Of a stretch of DNA of 64,000 nucleotides, positions 1-11,307 are shown piece after piece (within the stretch, counting starts at the first letter, position 1; each line of letters begins with the position of its first letter). The notes under the pieces are model-generated. The model worked only from the letters and a program-made list of their open reading frames with translations. It made no database searches and was not told the DNA's origin. The stretch spans positions 62,001-126,000 of the forward strand of contig JAXLNO010003683.1 of NCBI GenBank assembly GCA_038087875.1, in the 5' to 3' direction. Origin of the DNA: Malacoraja senta (taxonomy: Eukaryota). A program made the position numbers and the translations under genes.

Positions 1-939
1 CGACCAGACAGACACCATTGTATGCAGATGATGGGAAATGTGTTCAGGTCAGGCTGAACAAATTCTAATCTTGTGTGTGGACAATAAGAAGAAGTCAGAA
101 TAACAACCTTCCACCGTCACCATCTGCTTCATTCTATGGAGCTAATTTTCTATTCATTCAGCTTTCCCTCCTTGGGTCCCATGTGAAAGAAGACACAATA
201 TACTGAGATGCTGCAGACGTCAAAATTGTGAAGGTGCTGGAATCTGAAGAAAAGCCCCAGCCCGAAATGTCAGCTGTCCATTCAAAGATACCCGATCCGC
301 TGANNNNNNNNNNNNNNNNNNNNNNNNNNNNNNNNNNNNNNNNNNNNNNNNNNNNNNNNNNNNNNNNNNNNNNNNNNNNNNNNNNNNNNNNNNNNNNNNN
401 NNNNNNNNNNNNNNNNNNNNNNNNNNNNNNNNNNNNNNNNNNNNNNNNNNNNNNNNNNNNNNNNNNNNNNNNNNNNNNNNNNNNNNNNNNNNNNNNNNNN
501 NNNNNNNNNNNNNNNNACACACTCTCTCTCTCTCTCTGTATGTCTGTGTCTGTGTGATGAGAAGAATACTAAATAATCCAATGTAAGTCTATATTGTGCT
601 GACCACTGTTACATGTGTTATCCACTGATACAATCGCTGGGGTTACAGTTACTATTAGAGTTACATTGCTCAACGCAAGTTGATGAAACCGATACCAAAG
701 GGATACATATTGTGAATATACGAATATACGAAATGTACACGCGATACCCAAACAACAAAAATAACGGTTACAATGATATTTCGGAGAGATTTTAGAACGG
801 ATAAGAAACCAGCGTTGTTCTGAATTGTTGAATTATTTCTTATGTAAATATTCACGTAAATCCATCTAGGTACGGCACACCGCTCAGAACAGCTAACTTG
901 AAATGGAGATGGAATAATGGAACGGAGAGTCTTTGCGAT

Positions 940-1330
940 TATCTATAAATGTCTTCCACCTGGGCGGAAATTGACACAAAATGCCGGAGTAACTCCACGG
1001 GACAGGCAGCATCTGTGGAGAGGGGATGTGTGACGTTTCGGGTCGTTACCCTTCTTCAGGCTGAGAGTCGGGGGAAAGGGAAACGAGAGATGTAGACGGT
1101 GATGTCGAGAGATATAGAACAAATTAATGAAATATATGCTAATAAGTAAAAGTGAATCGGTGAACAGGCCATTGTTAGCTATTTGCAAGGCGAGAACGAG
1201 AAGCTGGTGCGACTTGGGTGGGGGGTGGGGGGTGGGAGAGCAAATGCAGGGGTTACTTGAAGTTAGATGAATCAATATTCATACCACTTGGTTGTAACTG
1301 CCCAGGCGAAATATGAGTTACCTGGGCGTT
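940..1330 (-). mobile_element. Penelope-like element 3' end fragment (end of GIY-YIG ORF + 3' repeat)
   Basis: Minus-strand translation ends ...QPSGMNIDSSNFK*, like the PLE ORF ends at 25990 and 41440; followed by the CTGAAGAAGGG..CCCGAAACGTC motif. Confidence 0.75.
1032..1059 (-). ncRNA. Minimal hammerhead ribozyme motif (PLE type)
   Basis: Reverse complement CTGAAGA-A-GGGT-AACG-ACCC-GAAA-CG-TC: CUGANGA core, stem II, GAAA, palindromic ACGU, GUC site. Stem I pairing is poor. Confidence 0.6.
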
Positions 1331-2090
1331 CACGTTGCTGAATGTGGTCGTGATGCAACACATCTGTCTAATACTAGATGCGTGATGTGCAAATGATTCG
1401 CTTCCCTTTTGTCTTTGTCCTTCAATGTTTGTGTTATCATCTCTGTCCTTTGTACAATCATCTACCAATCCAAACTACTGCGAACCTGTATCCACATGTC
1501 ATTTGTCCGGCTTTGCCCCGTAACACGTCCCTTCCAGCTTCACTCCCCCCTCCCCGCACCCCCCCTCCCACCCACTGCAATGTCTGAGGAAGGTCCCGAC
1601 CCTAAATGCCGCGTATTTGTGTACTCCAGAGATGTCCCCTGACCCAATGAATTACTGCAACGCAGTGTCTATTTCTGAATAATTTGCTCCATAGTGCATA
1701 GTTAAACATGCTCCATTTATCTCCTATCTGACAGTAAAGCAGAAGTTATCCCACATACATATAACATGGTGGTCATTTGCCATTTCAGTGAGCCAATGGA
1801 TGCTCTCGCGATTTACAAGAGCAGTTCTATTGCCAGCTCTGATCAACAATGCATCGAACACGGCCCAGGTATGACTAAAGAAATATATTTTGATTCAATG
1901 TCCTAATTCAGATTTACAACATTTGTCATTCAACTGCAAAGTTGTTCGTAGTGAAAACAATTCCTATCCGCAGTAGTGTAGTACTGTGTAAAATAAGGTA
2001 ACTACAAATAGGCATAAACATCACCGGTTAAAATCAGAGTGAAGACGCCTGATAAATTATCTTGAATAAGGTATAATGAATTTAGAGAAT

Positions 2091-2720
2091 TCAAGTTCTG
2101 CTTGTCACTTTTCCTCTATTGTACAGGGTGCTGGTGAGACCACAGCTGGAGTATTGTGAGGAGCTGCGGTCTCCTAATTTGAGGAAGGACATTCTTGCTA
2201 TTGAGCGAGTGCAGCGTAAGTTCACCGGGTTAATTCCCGGTATGGCGGGACTGACATATGATGAAAGAATAGGTCGTCTGGGCTTATATATAATGGATTT
2301 TAGAAGGATGAGAGGGTATCTTACAGACACAAATAAAATTCTTAAGGGATTGGACAGGCCAGATGCAGATTTTTTTCCTGTTGTTGGGGGAATCCAGAGC
2401 CAGGGGTCAACTTTTAAGAATAAGGGGTAAGCCATTTAGGACTGAGATGACGAAAAGCGTTTTCACCCAGAGAGTTATGAATCTGTGGAATTCTCTGCCA
2501 CAGAAGGCAATGGAGGCCAATTCACTGGATGCATTAAAGAGAGAGTTAGATGTAGCTCTTAGGGCAAACGGAATCAAGGGACATGGGGAGAAAGCAAGAA
2601 CGGGGTACTGATTTTGGATGATCAACCACAATCATACTGAATGGCGGTGCTGGTTTGTAGGGCCGAATGGCCTACTCCTGCACCTAATTTTCGATGTTTC
2701 TGTGTTTCCATGTAAGTAAT
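2091..2720 (+). mobile_element. CR1/HER1-type LINE 3' fragment
   Basis: ORF 2119-2430 LYRVLVRPQLEYC..SPNLRKDILAIERVQRKFTGLIPGM is the CR1 RT C-terminus; CR1 3'UTR ends gggccgaatggcctactcctgcacc..tttctatgtttct-like tail. Confidence 0.9.
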
Positions 2721-2958
2721 TTGGATACATTTTGGGTGGATTTCAAATAAAATTAACTCAAAATGCAAGATTGCCCCAGTAAATGCGAAGTATTCTGGAG
2801 TTTATCTAGACTGAAGGGCACCCACACCGGCGCAAATTCTTGCTTTAGTTCATTCTAACGTGGATCTAAACTTAAACATCCTCACTGTGGAGGCAAAATT
2901 ATATTTGGAATGAATCAAACCGCTGATGAGTTGTAGCTAATGGGACTCAAGTTAACCG

Positions 2959-3211
2959 TGTCAGGATTCTCAGGAATGGAGAAAACTCGAATGCAGGGAC
3001 AACGAGACAAGTCCTGGAGAAAACCAACATCCAAACGCGAAGGTACCAGACTGAATACTTGAAGGTGGAGTCGGCAGGGAGTGAATGTAGACAGCAGATA
3101 TATAACCCTTGACTGATGAGGGCAGCAGAGCGAATGCAGGTGTAACTCATGTTTAGATCAGGGGAGGGATGTGGAGAGTCTCAACTGTCTGGAGACGTGG
3201 CAGGTGTGACA
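2959..3211 (-). mobile_element. Ty3/gypsy 3' LTR (copy in left arm)
   Basis: Reverse complement of the TG...CA LTR at 19977-20227, adjacent to a polypurine tract. Confidence 0.75.
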
Positions 3212-3785
3212 GGAGCCCCCTCCCACGGACACCTCCTGGCGGCCTCCTAGGCTGATCCGGATGCTGTTGATGAAAACCACGGATGAGGGAAGGGTCCAGG
3301 ATGTCACGGGCAGGGATCCAGCTCCTCTCCTCTGGTCCGTAGCCCTCCCAGTCAATCAGGTACTGGATCCCTCTGCCACGCCGCCGGGACTTCAGCAGTC
3401 GCTTCACCATGTACGCGGGACCAGCGTCAATGATGCGGGGTGGCGGAGGTAGCACAGGAGCGGGACACAGGGAGCTGGGAGATTCAGGCTTAACCCGGGA
3501 TACATGGAAGGTGGGGAGAATACACAGAGACCGGGGCAGTCTAAGGCGGACAGCAGAGCGGTTGATGACCCTGAGAACAATGAATGGACCAATAAACTGG
3601 GGCGCCAACTTACGGAATTCAACGCGGAGGACGGTAGAGAGGGGCCGGGTCCGGTGACGTCGTCTATACCTGGAAGCGGTGCGGAGCAGTGCAGAACGGG
3701 CCTCCCTCCAGGTCCGTCGACCGCGGCGCACAAACCGCTGGGCAGAGGGAACGGAGACCTTCTCCTCTTGGTCTGGGAACAGAGG
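3212..3785 (-). mobile_element. Chromoviral Ty3/gypsy integrase C-terminus + chromodomain fragment
   Basis: ORF 3153-4124 contains [26 protein letters not shown] and [40 protein letters not shown] (GPY/F motif + chromodomain). Confidence 0.92.
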
Positions 3786-4399
3786 GATGATGACTCGATG
3801 CCTCTCTGACAAGTTACATAACTTAACCCTGATGTGATTAGACTGGGAAACCACAAACGGGCCGGCGTTGTGGGGGTGGGGAGTGTACAGGGTGACGTGG
3901 GTCAGCTGGTAACTTGGGCAGGGCCGGGGGAAGTGAGTCCCGGTCAGTGCGAGCTGAAGCGCTTTGAGAGGAGCAGTAAGGGGCGGCCACACGCGGTGAA
4001 TGGAGGGGTCCCGGGGAGTATTGGGGAACGGGGAGAACTCGGGGTACTCCATCAAGATGCAGCGCAGCTCGACAAGACGGTGACGTCCCTGACCCTGACA
4101 CACACGGTGATCATTCACCCTCATCGGCCGCGGCGAGGGCAGCAGGAGCCGGGAGACCGCTGGGAATGTGAGCGAAACACAGAGTGCTGGAGCAACTCAG
4201 CGGGTCAGGCAGCGTCTATGGAGGGAATGGACAGGCGAGCATCCGGGTGGGTTCAGTCTGTGGATGGGAAGGGGTGGGTGAAGCTGAGAGAACCTGCCCC
4301 AGGGTGAGTGGCGGGGAACTGATGAGGGGAGCAGAGAAACGGCGGCGCCGTTAAACCAGTCCGCTGTTGCCGAGTTGGCAGAAGAGGTGACCGGTACTT

Positions 4400-4870
4400 A
4401 GTTTAGATTAATTTAGTTTATTGATCTCACCTGTACCGAGGTCCAGTGAAAAGATCTTTAGTGACGAGCTATCCAGTGAGCGGAAAGACTGTCCATGATT
4501 ACAATCAAGCCGTCCACAGTGTACAGATACTGGAGAAATGGTATCATGTTCAATGCAAGATAAAGTGGATTAAAGAGAGTCCGAGGGTCTCGGATGAGGA
4601 CGATGAGGTGAGGACGGATAATTGGTGATAGGATGGTCCAGTTGCCTGATAACAGCTGGGAAGAAACTGTGCCTGAATCAGGAGGGGTGCGTTTTCACAT
4701 TTCTGTACCTCTTGTCGGATGGGAGACGAGAGAAGAGGGATTGACCGCGCTGCTCCAGGACAGGTTACTGCTGATGTTTACTGCTCAGTACTTGAAGTTT
4801 TCAAACTCCGGCGCCGTCAATGTACACCGGGGTGTGTGGACCGCATCGCTTCCTGAAGTCCATCACTGTC
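4400..4870 (-). mobile_element. Degenerate Rex1/Babar LINE 3' fragment
   Basis: Minus strand resembles VDFRK..HTPVYIDG..VENFK..LSWS; tail agtttagtttattg shared with other copies (55185, 57590). Confidence 0.65.
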
Positions 4871-5986
4871 TCCCACACACGTTACAATCTCCCGGTCCGT
4901 TCTCCAGCGCTCCGGGTTCAGTTTACTTTAGTTTGCAGATACAGCGGGGAAACAGGCCCTTCAGCCCCTCGAATCCGCGCCGACCAGCGACCCCCGCACA
5001 CTAACACTATCCCACACACACTAGGGACAATTTACAATTTGACTAAGCCAATTAACCTGCAAACATGTACGTCTTTGGAGTGTGGGAGGAATCCTGCGAT
5101 CCCGGAGAAAACCCACGCGGTCACCGGGAGAACCTACAAACTCCGTACAGACTGCAGCCGCAGTCAGGATCGAGCCCGGGTCTCCGGCCCTGGGAGGCAG
5201 CAACTCTACCGCTGCTCCACCGTCCGCGCTCTCCTCGGTCACGGATGTCCCGGCACCTTCCACACCCCCTTCCACGGCGCGTCCCACTGGGCCCTCTCCA
5301 ATGTCCGTGACCCCTCACCCTCCCAATGCCCGTGACCCCCGCCCTCCTAATACACGTGATCCCCCACCCCCTCCTTCACCACCACAAACAGCCACGGACA
5401 GACAGCTGGAGAACACACTGGATTTTATTGAACATTTATGTCGCGACAGTGAAGCAGAACACGTCCCCCCGCAAAGAATCACATTCCCTGATCACCCCCC
5501 CCCCCACAGTCCACGGGTGGAAGTGTCGCCTCAACGCCAGGATCTCCTCCCACTCCGTCCCCCGACAGGCTCCGGGCCTCGGGTCAACCAGCGCTGCAAC
5601 GATCCAGCTGTGATTCCCACCAGATGTTGATCGGGAATGTTCCCCCCTGAACCCCGTCATTGCAGGAACATTATGGGAAGCAGCAGCAACCCCCCCCCCA
5701 GTGCAGTCAGTAAATGAGCAGCGTCCCAGAGAGCGAAGCGCAAAGTCCAAATCACCAAATCAGCTGTTGATGCGCTCATTGCTCACCCATCACCCCACGA
5801 TTACAGTCCACGCCCCCCCCCAAAGCAGAAACCCCGCAAACTTGTCCCGCTCTCCACCGACGCTGCTGTACCGGCGGCGGGACACGGCGGCCCTGGGGGA
5901 GAGAGAGAGTTGGTTACAGAGTGACGCAAGCCCACCCGTGTAGCAGTAGTACTGACCCCCGCCCCCTGCCGGGAATAAAAACCCAC
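4866..5986. repeat. Inner inverted repeat, left copy (partner 10236-11372)
   Basis: 5921-5986 is the reverse complement of 10236-10300; 4866-5020 is the reverse complement of 11225-11372; ~90% similar by eye. Confidence 0.93.
5400..5892 (-). other. Putative 3'UTR terminal exon of a second, minus-strand MHC class I paralog
   Basis: Inverted copy of 10329-~10830 with acceptor ctctctcccccag| (AG at 5894-5893) and AATAAA at 5429-5424 both conserved. Gene assignment is inference. Confidence 0.5.
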
Positions 5987-6186
5987 NNNNNNNNNNNNNN
6001 NNNNNNNNNNNNNNNNNNNNNNNNNNNNNNNNNNNNNNNNNNNNNNNNNNNNNNNNNNNNNNNNNNNNNNNNNNNNNNNNNNNNNNNNNNNNNNNNNNNN
6101 NNNNNNNNNNNNNNNNNNNNNNNNNNNNNNNNNNNNNNNNNNNNNNNNNNNNNNNNNNNNNNNNNNNNNNNNNNNNNNNNNNNNNN
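5987..6186. other. Assembly gap (exactly 200 N, probably of unknown true size)
   Basis: Run of 200 N; the round number suggests a placeholder. Confidence 0.9.
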
Positions 6187-6590
6187 CCCCTCACTGTCTC
6201 CCCCCCTCACTGTCTCCCCCCCTCACTGTTTCCCTCTCACTGGATCCCCTCACCGCGTCCCCCTCACCGTCTCCCCCTCACTGTCTCCCACTCACTGTTT
6301 CCACCTCACCGCGTTCCCCTCACTGGATCCCCCTCACTGGATGCCCCTCACTGTCTCTCTCCCCCTCACTGTCTCTCTCCCCCTCACTGTCTCTCTCCCC
6401 CTCACTGTCTCTCTCACCCTCACTGTCTCTCTCACCCTCACTGTCTCTCTCCCCCTCACTGTCTCTCTCCCCCTCACTGTCTCTCTACCCCTCACTGTCT
6501 CCCCCTCACTGTCTCCCCCTCACCGTCTCCCCCTCACCATCTCCCCCTCACCGCGTCCCCCCTCACTGTCTCCCCCTCACTGTCTCTCTC
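6187..6590 (+). repeat. Pyrimidine-rich minisatellite (~17-18 bp unit ccccctcactgtctctct) upstream of the alpha-3 acceptor
   Basis: Tandem repeats seen directly. Confidence 0.9.
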
Positions 6591-6597
6591 CCCACAG

Positions 6598-6861
6598 TTC
6601 AGCCCGAGGTGAGCATCTTCCTGTCGGCCGATGGCCGCCGCGTGTCGTGTTTCACCACGGGCTTCTACCCGCGCTCCATCGAGGTGAACCTGGTGCGGGA
6701 CGGCCTGGTCCTGGATGAGAGCCGCTCCCACGGGACGCTGCCCAACCACGACGGCACCTTCCAGCAGCACCGCTGGGTCGACGTGGAGCCCGGGGACCGG
6801 ACCCAGCTCTCCTGCCGTGTGGAGCACCCGGGGCTGTCCCAGCCCCTCGAGGTCTTCCTGG
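6598..6861 (+). CDS. MHC class I heavy chain, alpha-3 (Ig C1) exon
   Basis: cccacag|TT CAG CCC GAG...TTC CTG G|gtgagt, 264 nt, phase 1-1. Protein xQPEVSIFLSADGRRVSCFTTGFYPRSIEVNLVRDG...LPNHDGTFQ..W..SCRVEHPGLSQPL with Cys-55-Cys spacing and the class I motifs GFYP and LPNxDGTFQ. Confidence 0.95.
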
Positions 6862-7256
6862 GTGAGTGGGGGCGGTGGGGGGGAGGTGGGAAATAAGGTG
6901 AGTGGTGGGGGGGAGGGGTAGGAGGGAGAGGTGCGGACTGGGTGAGGAGAGGGGGGAGAGCAGGAGATTGGAGGGGGTTGATTTCTGAGAGGGGGATGAT
7001 AGGGGGGGATGGAAGTTGGTCAGGAGGGGAGGGGCCGGTGAGGAGGTGAGGGGAGGGGTAGCGCAGAGGGCAGGTGGGGTGAGTTGGGGGCGGCACGGGA
7101 GGGAGAGGAGGGGGTGAGAAGAGGACGAGTGAATGAGACGGTAGGGTGTAGGCGGGGGGTGAGTGAGACGAGGGGGAGGGGGAGAGGGGGTAGGGGAGGG
7201 GGGCCGTGAGCCCGGTCTCTGTCTCTCATCCGCCTCTGTTTGTGAATCTGGGACAG

Positions 7257-7355
7257 TCCGCAAGTCGGGCAGCACCGTGATGATCATGGCGCTGCTCCTT
7301 GTGCTGGCGGTGGTCGCGGTCATGGGGGGAGTGTGCTACTGGAACAAGAAACAAG
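7257..7355 (+). CDS. MHC class I connecting peptide/transmembrane exon
   Basis: ggacag|TC CGC AAG...AAA CAA G|gtagg, 99 nt, phase 1-1. VRKSGSTVMIMALLLVLAVVAVMGGVCYWNKKQ = hydrophobic helix + basic stop-transfer. Confidence 0.88.
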
Positions 7356-8361
7356 GTAGGAGTGGAAGGAAACAGGGCTGCTCCCCCCAGCACCCTCTCC
7401 CCCCAGAGACAGTGGAGGGGCGTCCTCTCCGCAGCCCCCTCCCCCCCACCCCTTCCTCAACCTCCCAACGACCTCCGACTCTCAACCTCCCCCCGACCCC
7501 CACCCCTTCTGCCACGTTGTTCCGTTCTTTCGCCCCGATTCAAGATAGATGGGGGCAGACAACACAGTTTCAGGCCCTTCGGCCCACCGTGTCCGTGTCT
7601 GCCCATCGGGTGTCCGTGGACAATGCTCCCATTTGCCGGCTCTGGGCCGCTGGTTCTCTACCTGGCAGCTTCCGGCCGGACATCCATCGGGCTGAGAGTC
7701 TCTGCTCCCCCACCCCTCGGGCAGAGAGAACACATTGCAGCCCCCGGGGGAGGGGGGATTATTCTCCAATCCTCCTCCCTCAAACCGCAGCTCTGCCCGG
7801 GTCAACGTGACCTCCCGCCCACCGCATGTCAGCATCATCCTCCGGGCACCTCCACCCCGTGACCTGACCCGGCGGATACAGTAAAACTCAATCTGCCCCC
7901 CACTCCTCCAATTCCACTTCCACCCCCCACCCCTCCACCTCCCCCCCTTCCCCCATCTCCACCTCACGCACGCTCCCGCACGCCCGTCCCGACCACTCCC
8001 GTTTCCTCCCCCATCTCCCTGCCCTCGTTCTCCCTCACCCCTCCAAGTCCCTCCCACCCTTCACGTACTCCCCTCCATGCCCCCCCCCCCACCTCGCCCT
8101 CCCTTTCGTCCATTTCCCTCTCCCTTCACCCCACCGCCCCCGGGCCGTCTCTGTGTGGGTGTTTAGTTGTCAGGGAGCCGGTGTCCCGGTGCCGGGGACG
8201 GGCCCAGCCCTGACCTGCGTCCTGTCCCACTCTTCCCGGTCACAGCCCAGCCCGTGTCCGCTGTGTGATTGGGTTGAGAGGTGACGGGGCAGCTGGTGAA
8301 TCTGTGTGTTTAGACCAAGCTGATGCGGGGCCTCGTCACCAACTGTCTCTGTGTTTTACAG

Positions 8362-8391
8362 CGGGGAAGAGCGGCTACAATCCCACCAAGA
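8362..8391 (+). CDS. MHC class I cytoplasmic exon 1 (Tyr motif)
   Basis: gtgttttacag|CG GGG AAG AGC GGC TAC AAT CCC ACC AAG A|gtaagt, 30 nt, phase 1-1. AGKSGYNPTK matches the conserved class I tail tyrosine. Confidence 0.88.
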
Positions 8392-8454
8392 GTAAGTTGT
8401 CCTCAAATCACAGCTCCATCCTTGTTACACCATGTCTTACACATTGTTACTGTA

Positions 8455-9350
8455 TTCGTGTGTGTGCGCGCGTCCGTGTGTCTCTGCGCGTGTCCGTGTG
8501 TGTCTGCGCGCGTCCGTGTGTCTCTGCGCGTGTCTGCGCGCGTCCGTCTGTGTCTGCGCGCGTCCGTGTGTGTCTGTGCGCGTCTGTGTGTGTCTGCGTG
8601 CGTCCGTGTCTGTCTGCGCGCGTCCGTGTGTGTCTGCGCGCGTCCGTGTATGTCTGCGCGCGTCCGTGTGTGTCTGCGCGCGTCCGTGTGTGTCTGCGCG
8701 CGTCCGTGTGTGTCTGCGCGCGTCCGTGTGTGTCTGCGCATGTCGGTGTGTCTGCGCACATCCGTTTGTCTCTGCGCGTGTCTGCGCACGTCCGCGTGTG
8801 TCTGCGCGCGTCCGTGTGTGTCTGCGCGCGTCCGTGTGTGTGCGCGCGTCCGTGTCTGTCTGCGCGCGTCCGTGTGTGTCTGCGCATGTCGGTGTGTGTC
8901 TGCGCGCGTCCGTTTTTCTCTGCGTGTGTCTGCGCACGTCCGTGTGGGTCTGCGTGCATCCTTGTGTGTCTGCGCGCGTCCGTGTGTGTCTGCGCGCGTC
9001 CGTGTGTGTCTGCGCACGTCCGTGTGTGTCTGCGCACGTCCGTGTATGTCTGCGCGCGTCCGTGTGTGTCTGCGCGCGTCCGTGTGTGTCTGCGCGCGTC
9101 CGTGTGTGTCTGCGCGCGTCCGTGTGTGTCTGCACGCGTCCGTGTGTCTCTGCGCGTGTCTGCGCACGTCCGTGTGTGTCTGCGCGCGTCCGTGTGTGTC
9201 TGCACGCGTCCGTGTTTGTCTGCGCGCGTCCCTGTGTCCCTGCGCGCGTCCGTGTGTCTGCGCGCGTCCGTGTGTGTCTGCTCGCGTCCGTGTGTGTCTG
9301 CGCGCGTCCGTGTGTCTCTGCGCGCGTCCGTGTGTGTCTGCGCGCGTCCG
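8455..9350. repeat. CpG-rich 20-bp minisatellite (gtccgtgtgtgtctgcgcgc)n, ~45 units, intronic
   Basis: Tandem repeat seen directly; explains the spurious long ORFs at 8265-9666. Confidence 0.95.
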
Positions 9351-9530
9351 TATGACCTTTGCGTATCTGTGCACGTTTCTACGCTTTGCCCGTCTGTGCG
9401 CGTCCACGCCACCGCCCCCCTGTGTTCGCGTGTGCGCGCATGTGACCGTGTGCGCGTGTCCGTCCGTCCGCGCCTCACTGCACCCACGGCGTTGCCAGTT
9501 GACGTGTAACGTCGCTCCTTCCCTCCGCAG

Positions 9531-9577
9531 CCTCGGAGCGCGGGGAAAACTCATCAAACTCCTCTGCTCCAGCCTGA
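9531..9577 (+). CDS. MHC class I cytoplasmic exon 2 with stop codon
   Basis: cttccctccgcag|CC TCG GAG CGC GGG GAA AAC TCA TCA AAC TCC TCT GCT CCA GCC TGA = TSERGENSSNSSAPA*, Ser-rich tail in phase with the previous exon; possible donor tgag|gtggga after the stop. Confidence 0.85.
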
Positions 9578-10328
9578 GGTGGGAACCGGGGACCCCCCCC
9601 CTCACAACTCACACCCGGCCCGTGGGGGAGGGGGGGTGGGGATATGCCAGCGGTGTGTGTGTGTAGGGGGGGGTGGAGGAAGGGTGTTATACCAGTGCTG
9701 GAGGAGTATTTGCGGTGTGTGTGGGGGGGGGTATTATACCCAGTAAGGAGAGGGGGTGGGTATTTCCGGGGGGGGGGAGTTATTCCCGGTGGGGGTGCGG
9801 TGAGTTTAATTCCCCGTTGCGAGGGGTGGAGAAACATCCCGTGGGGGAGGGGGCTGCGGTGTGTGTGTGGGGGGGGTTATTCCAAAGGTGGAGGTGGATT
9901 TGATTCCCGGTTTCGCGTTGTGGGGCGAGGTGATTTACCAGTGATGTGTGTGTGTGGGGGGGAGGTATTATATCCAGTAAGGGGGGGGGGGTATTTCCGG
10001 GGGGGCAGTTATTCCCGGGGTGGTGTAATTGCTGATAATTGAGGGGATGGGGGGCGACACAGACACGACAGTGACATTAAAGAGACTTGTGGATGGACAC
10101 GTGGAGAAGTGGGGAGCGGGGGGGAGGGTGACGCGCAGACAGACAGATAGTTGCTCTCGGCAGCATGGTCGGCACAGCCAGTGTGGGCCGAAGGGCCTGT
10201 TGTTGTGCTGTACTGTCCCGTGGTGCTGGGGGAGTGGGGTTTGTATTCCCGGCAGGGGGCGGGGATCAGTACTACTGCTACACGGGTGGGCTTGCGTCGC
10301 TCTGTAACCAACTCTCTCTCTCCCCCAG

Positions 10329-10830
10329 GGCCGCCGTGTCCCGCCGCCGGTACAGGAGCGTCGGTGGAGAGCGGGACAAGTTTGCGGGGTTTCTGCTTTG
10401 GGGGGGGGGGGACGTGCACTGTAATCGTGGGGTGATGGGTGAGCAATGGGCGCATCTACAGCTGATTTGGTGATTTGGACGTTGCGCTTCGCTCTCTGGG
10501 ACGCTGCTCATTTACTGACTGCACTGGGGAGGGGGCGTTGCTGCTGCCGCTTCCCATAATGTTCCTGCAATGACGGGGTTCAGGGGGGAACAGTCTCAAT
10601 CAACATCTGGTGGGAATCACAGCTGGAGCGTTGCAGCGCTGGTTGACCCGAGGCCCGGAGCCGGTCGGGGACGGAGTGGGAGGAGATCCTGGCGTTGAGG
10701 CGACACTTCCACCCGTGGACTGTGGGGCGGGGGGGGGGCGATCAGGGAATGTGAGTCTTTGCTCGGGGGGGCGTGTTCTACTTCACTGTCGCGACATAAA
10801 TGTTCAATAAAGTCCAGTGTGTTCTCCAGC
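10329..10830 (+). other. Putative non-coding terminal (3'UTR) exon of the class I gene
   Basis: Acceptor ctctctctctcccccag| at 10328, AATAAA at 10806-10811, followed by a GT/T-rich downstream element. Confidence 0.55.
10806..10811 (+). terminator. Polyadenylation signal AATAAA
   Basis: aataaa followed by gtgtgttctcc..tgtctgtctgtccgtgg; conserved in the inverted copy (5424-5429) and the tandem copy (14454-14459). Confidence 0.55.
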
Positions 10831-11005
10831 TGTCTGTCTGTCCGTGGCTGCTTGTGGTGGTGGTGGGGGGGGGTGGTCACGGGCATTGCGGGGGGGGTCA
10901 CCGGTATTGGGAGGGTGAGGGGTCACGGTCATTGGGAGGGGCCCCAGTGGGACGCGCCGTGGGAGGGGGTGGGGAAGGTGCTTGGACATCCGTGACCGGG
11001 GAGAG

Positions 11006-11307
11006 CGCGGACGGTGGTGTAGCGGTAGAGTTGCTGCCTCCCAGCGCCGGAGACCCGGGCTCGATCCTGACTGCGGCTGTTGCCTGTACGGAGCTTGTAG
11101 GTTCTCCCCATGACCGCGTGGGTTTTCTCCGGGATCGCCGGTTTCCTCCCACACTCCAAAGACTTACATGTTTGCAGGTTAATTGGCTTGGTCAAATTGT
11201 AAATTGTCCTTCGTGTGTGTAGGATTGTGTTAGTGTGTGGGGATTGCTGGTCGGCGCGGACTCGATGGGCTGAAGGGCCTGTTTCCCCGCTGTATCTCTA
11301 AACTAAA
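11006..11307 (+). mobile_element. tRNA-derived V-SINE (HE1-like); duplicated at ~14654-14955 and inverted at ~4925-5230
   Basis: A/B-box-like head (ggtggtgtagcgg..gggctcgatcc), V-domain (ggttttctccggg..ggtttcctcccacactccaaagac..gcaggttaattggc), LINE-like tail gggctgaagggcctgtttcc..tctctaaactaaa. Confidence 0.85.

Larger units (their letters stand above)
1..3785. repeat. Left arm of large inverted segmental duplication (partner ~19355-23210)
   Basis: Reverse-complement match along its length, e.g. 165-290 vs 22923-23048, 1950-2160 vs 21030-21240, LTR junction 2950 vs 20230. Scattered substitutions (roughly mid-90s % by eye); both arms have an N gap at the equivalent position. Confidence 0.93.

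Noticed and set aside
158-581. ORFs spanning N runs (also 5790-6718, 22494-22982, 37609-37811)
   Set aside because: Artefacts of translating through assembly gaps.
3790-4140. Minus-strand frame [16 protein letters not shown] as a possible class I alpha-1 exon
   Set aside because: No convincing alpha-1 motifs, size or splice sites; the ORF is just fused to the gypsy fragment.
8265-9666. Long 300-450 aa ORFs on both strands (CVCARP/HTRTRAD repeats)
   Set aside because: Products of the stop-free 20-bp minisatellite; only the small spliced exons are credible.
11006-11080. tRNA genes at SINE heads (also 18335, 49490, 56775, 62072)
   Set aside because: A/B boxes continue into the V-SINE body; no complete cloverleaf.
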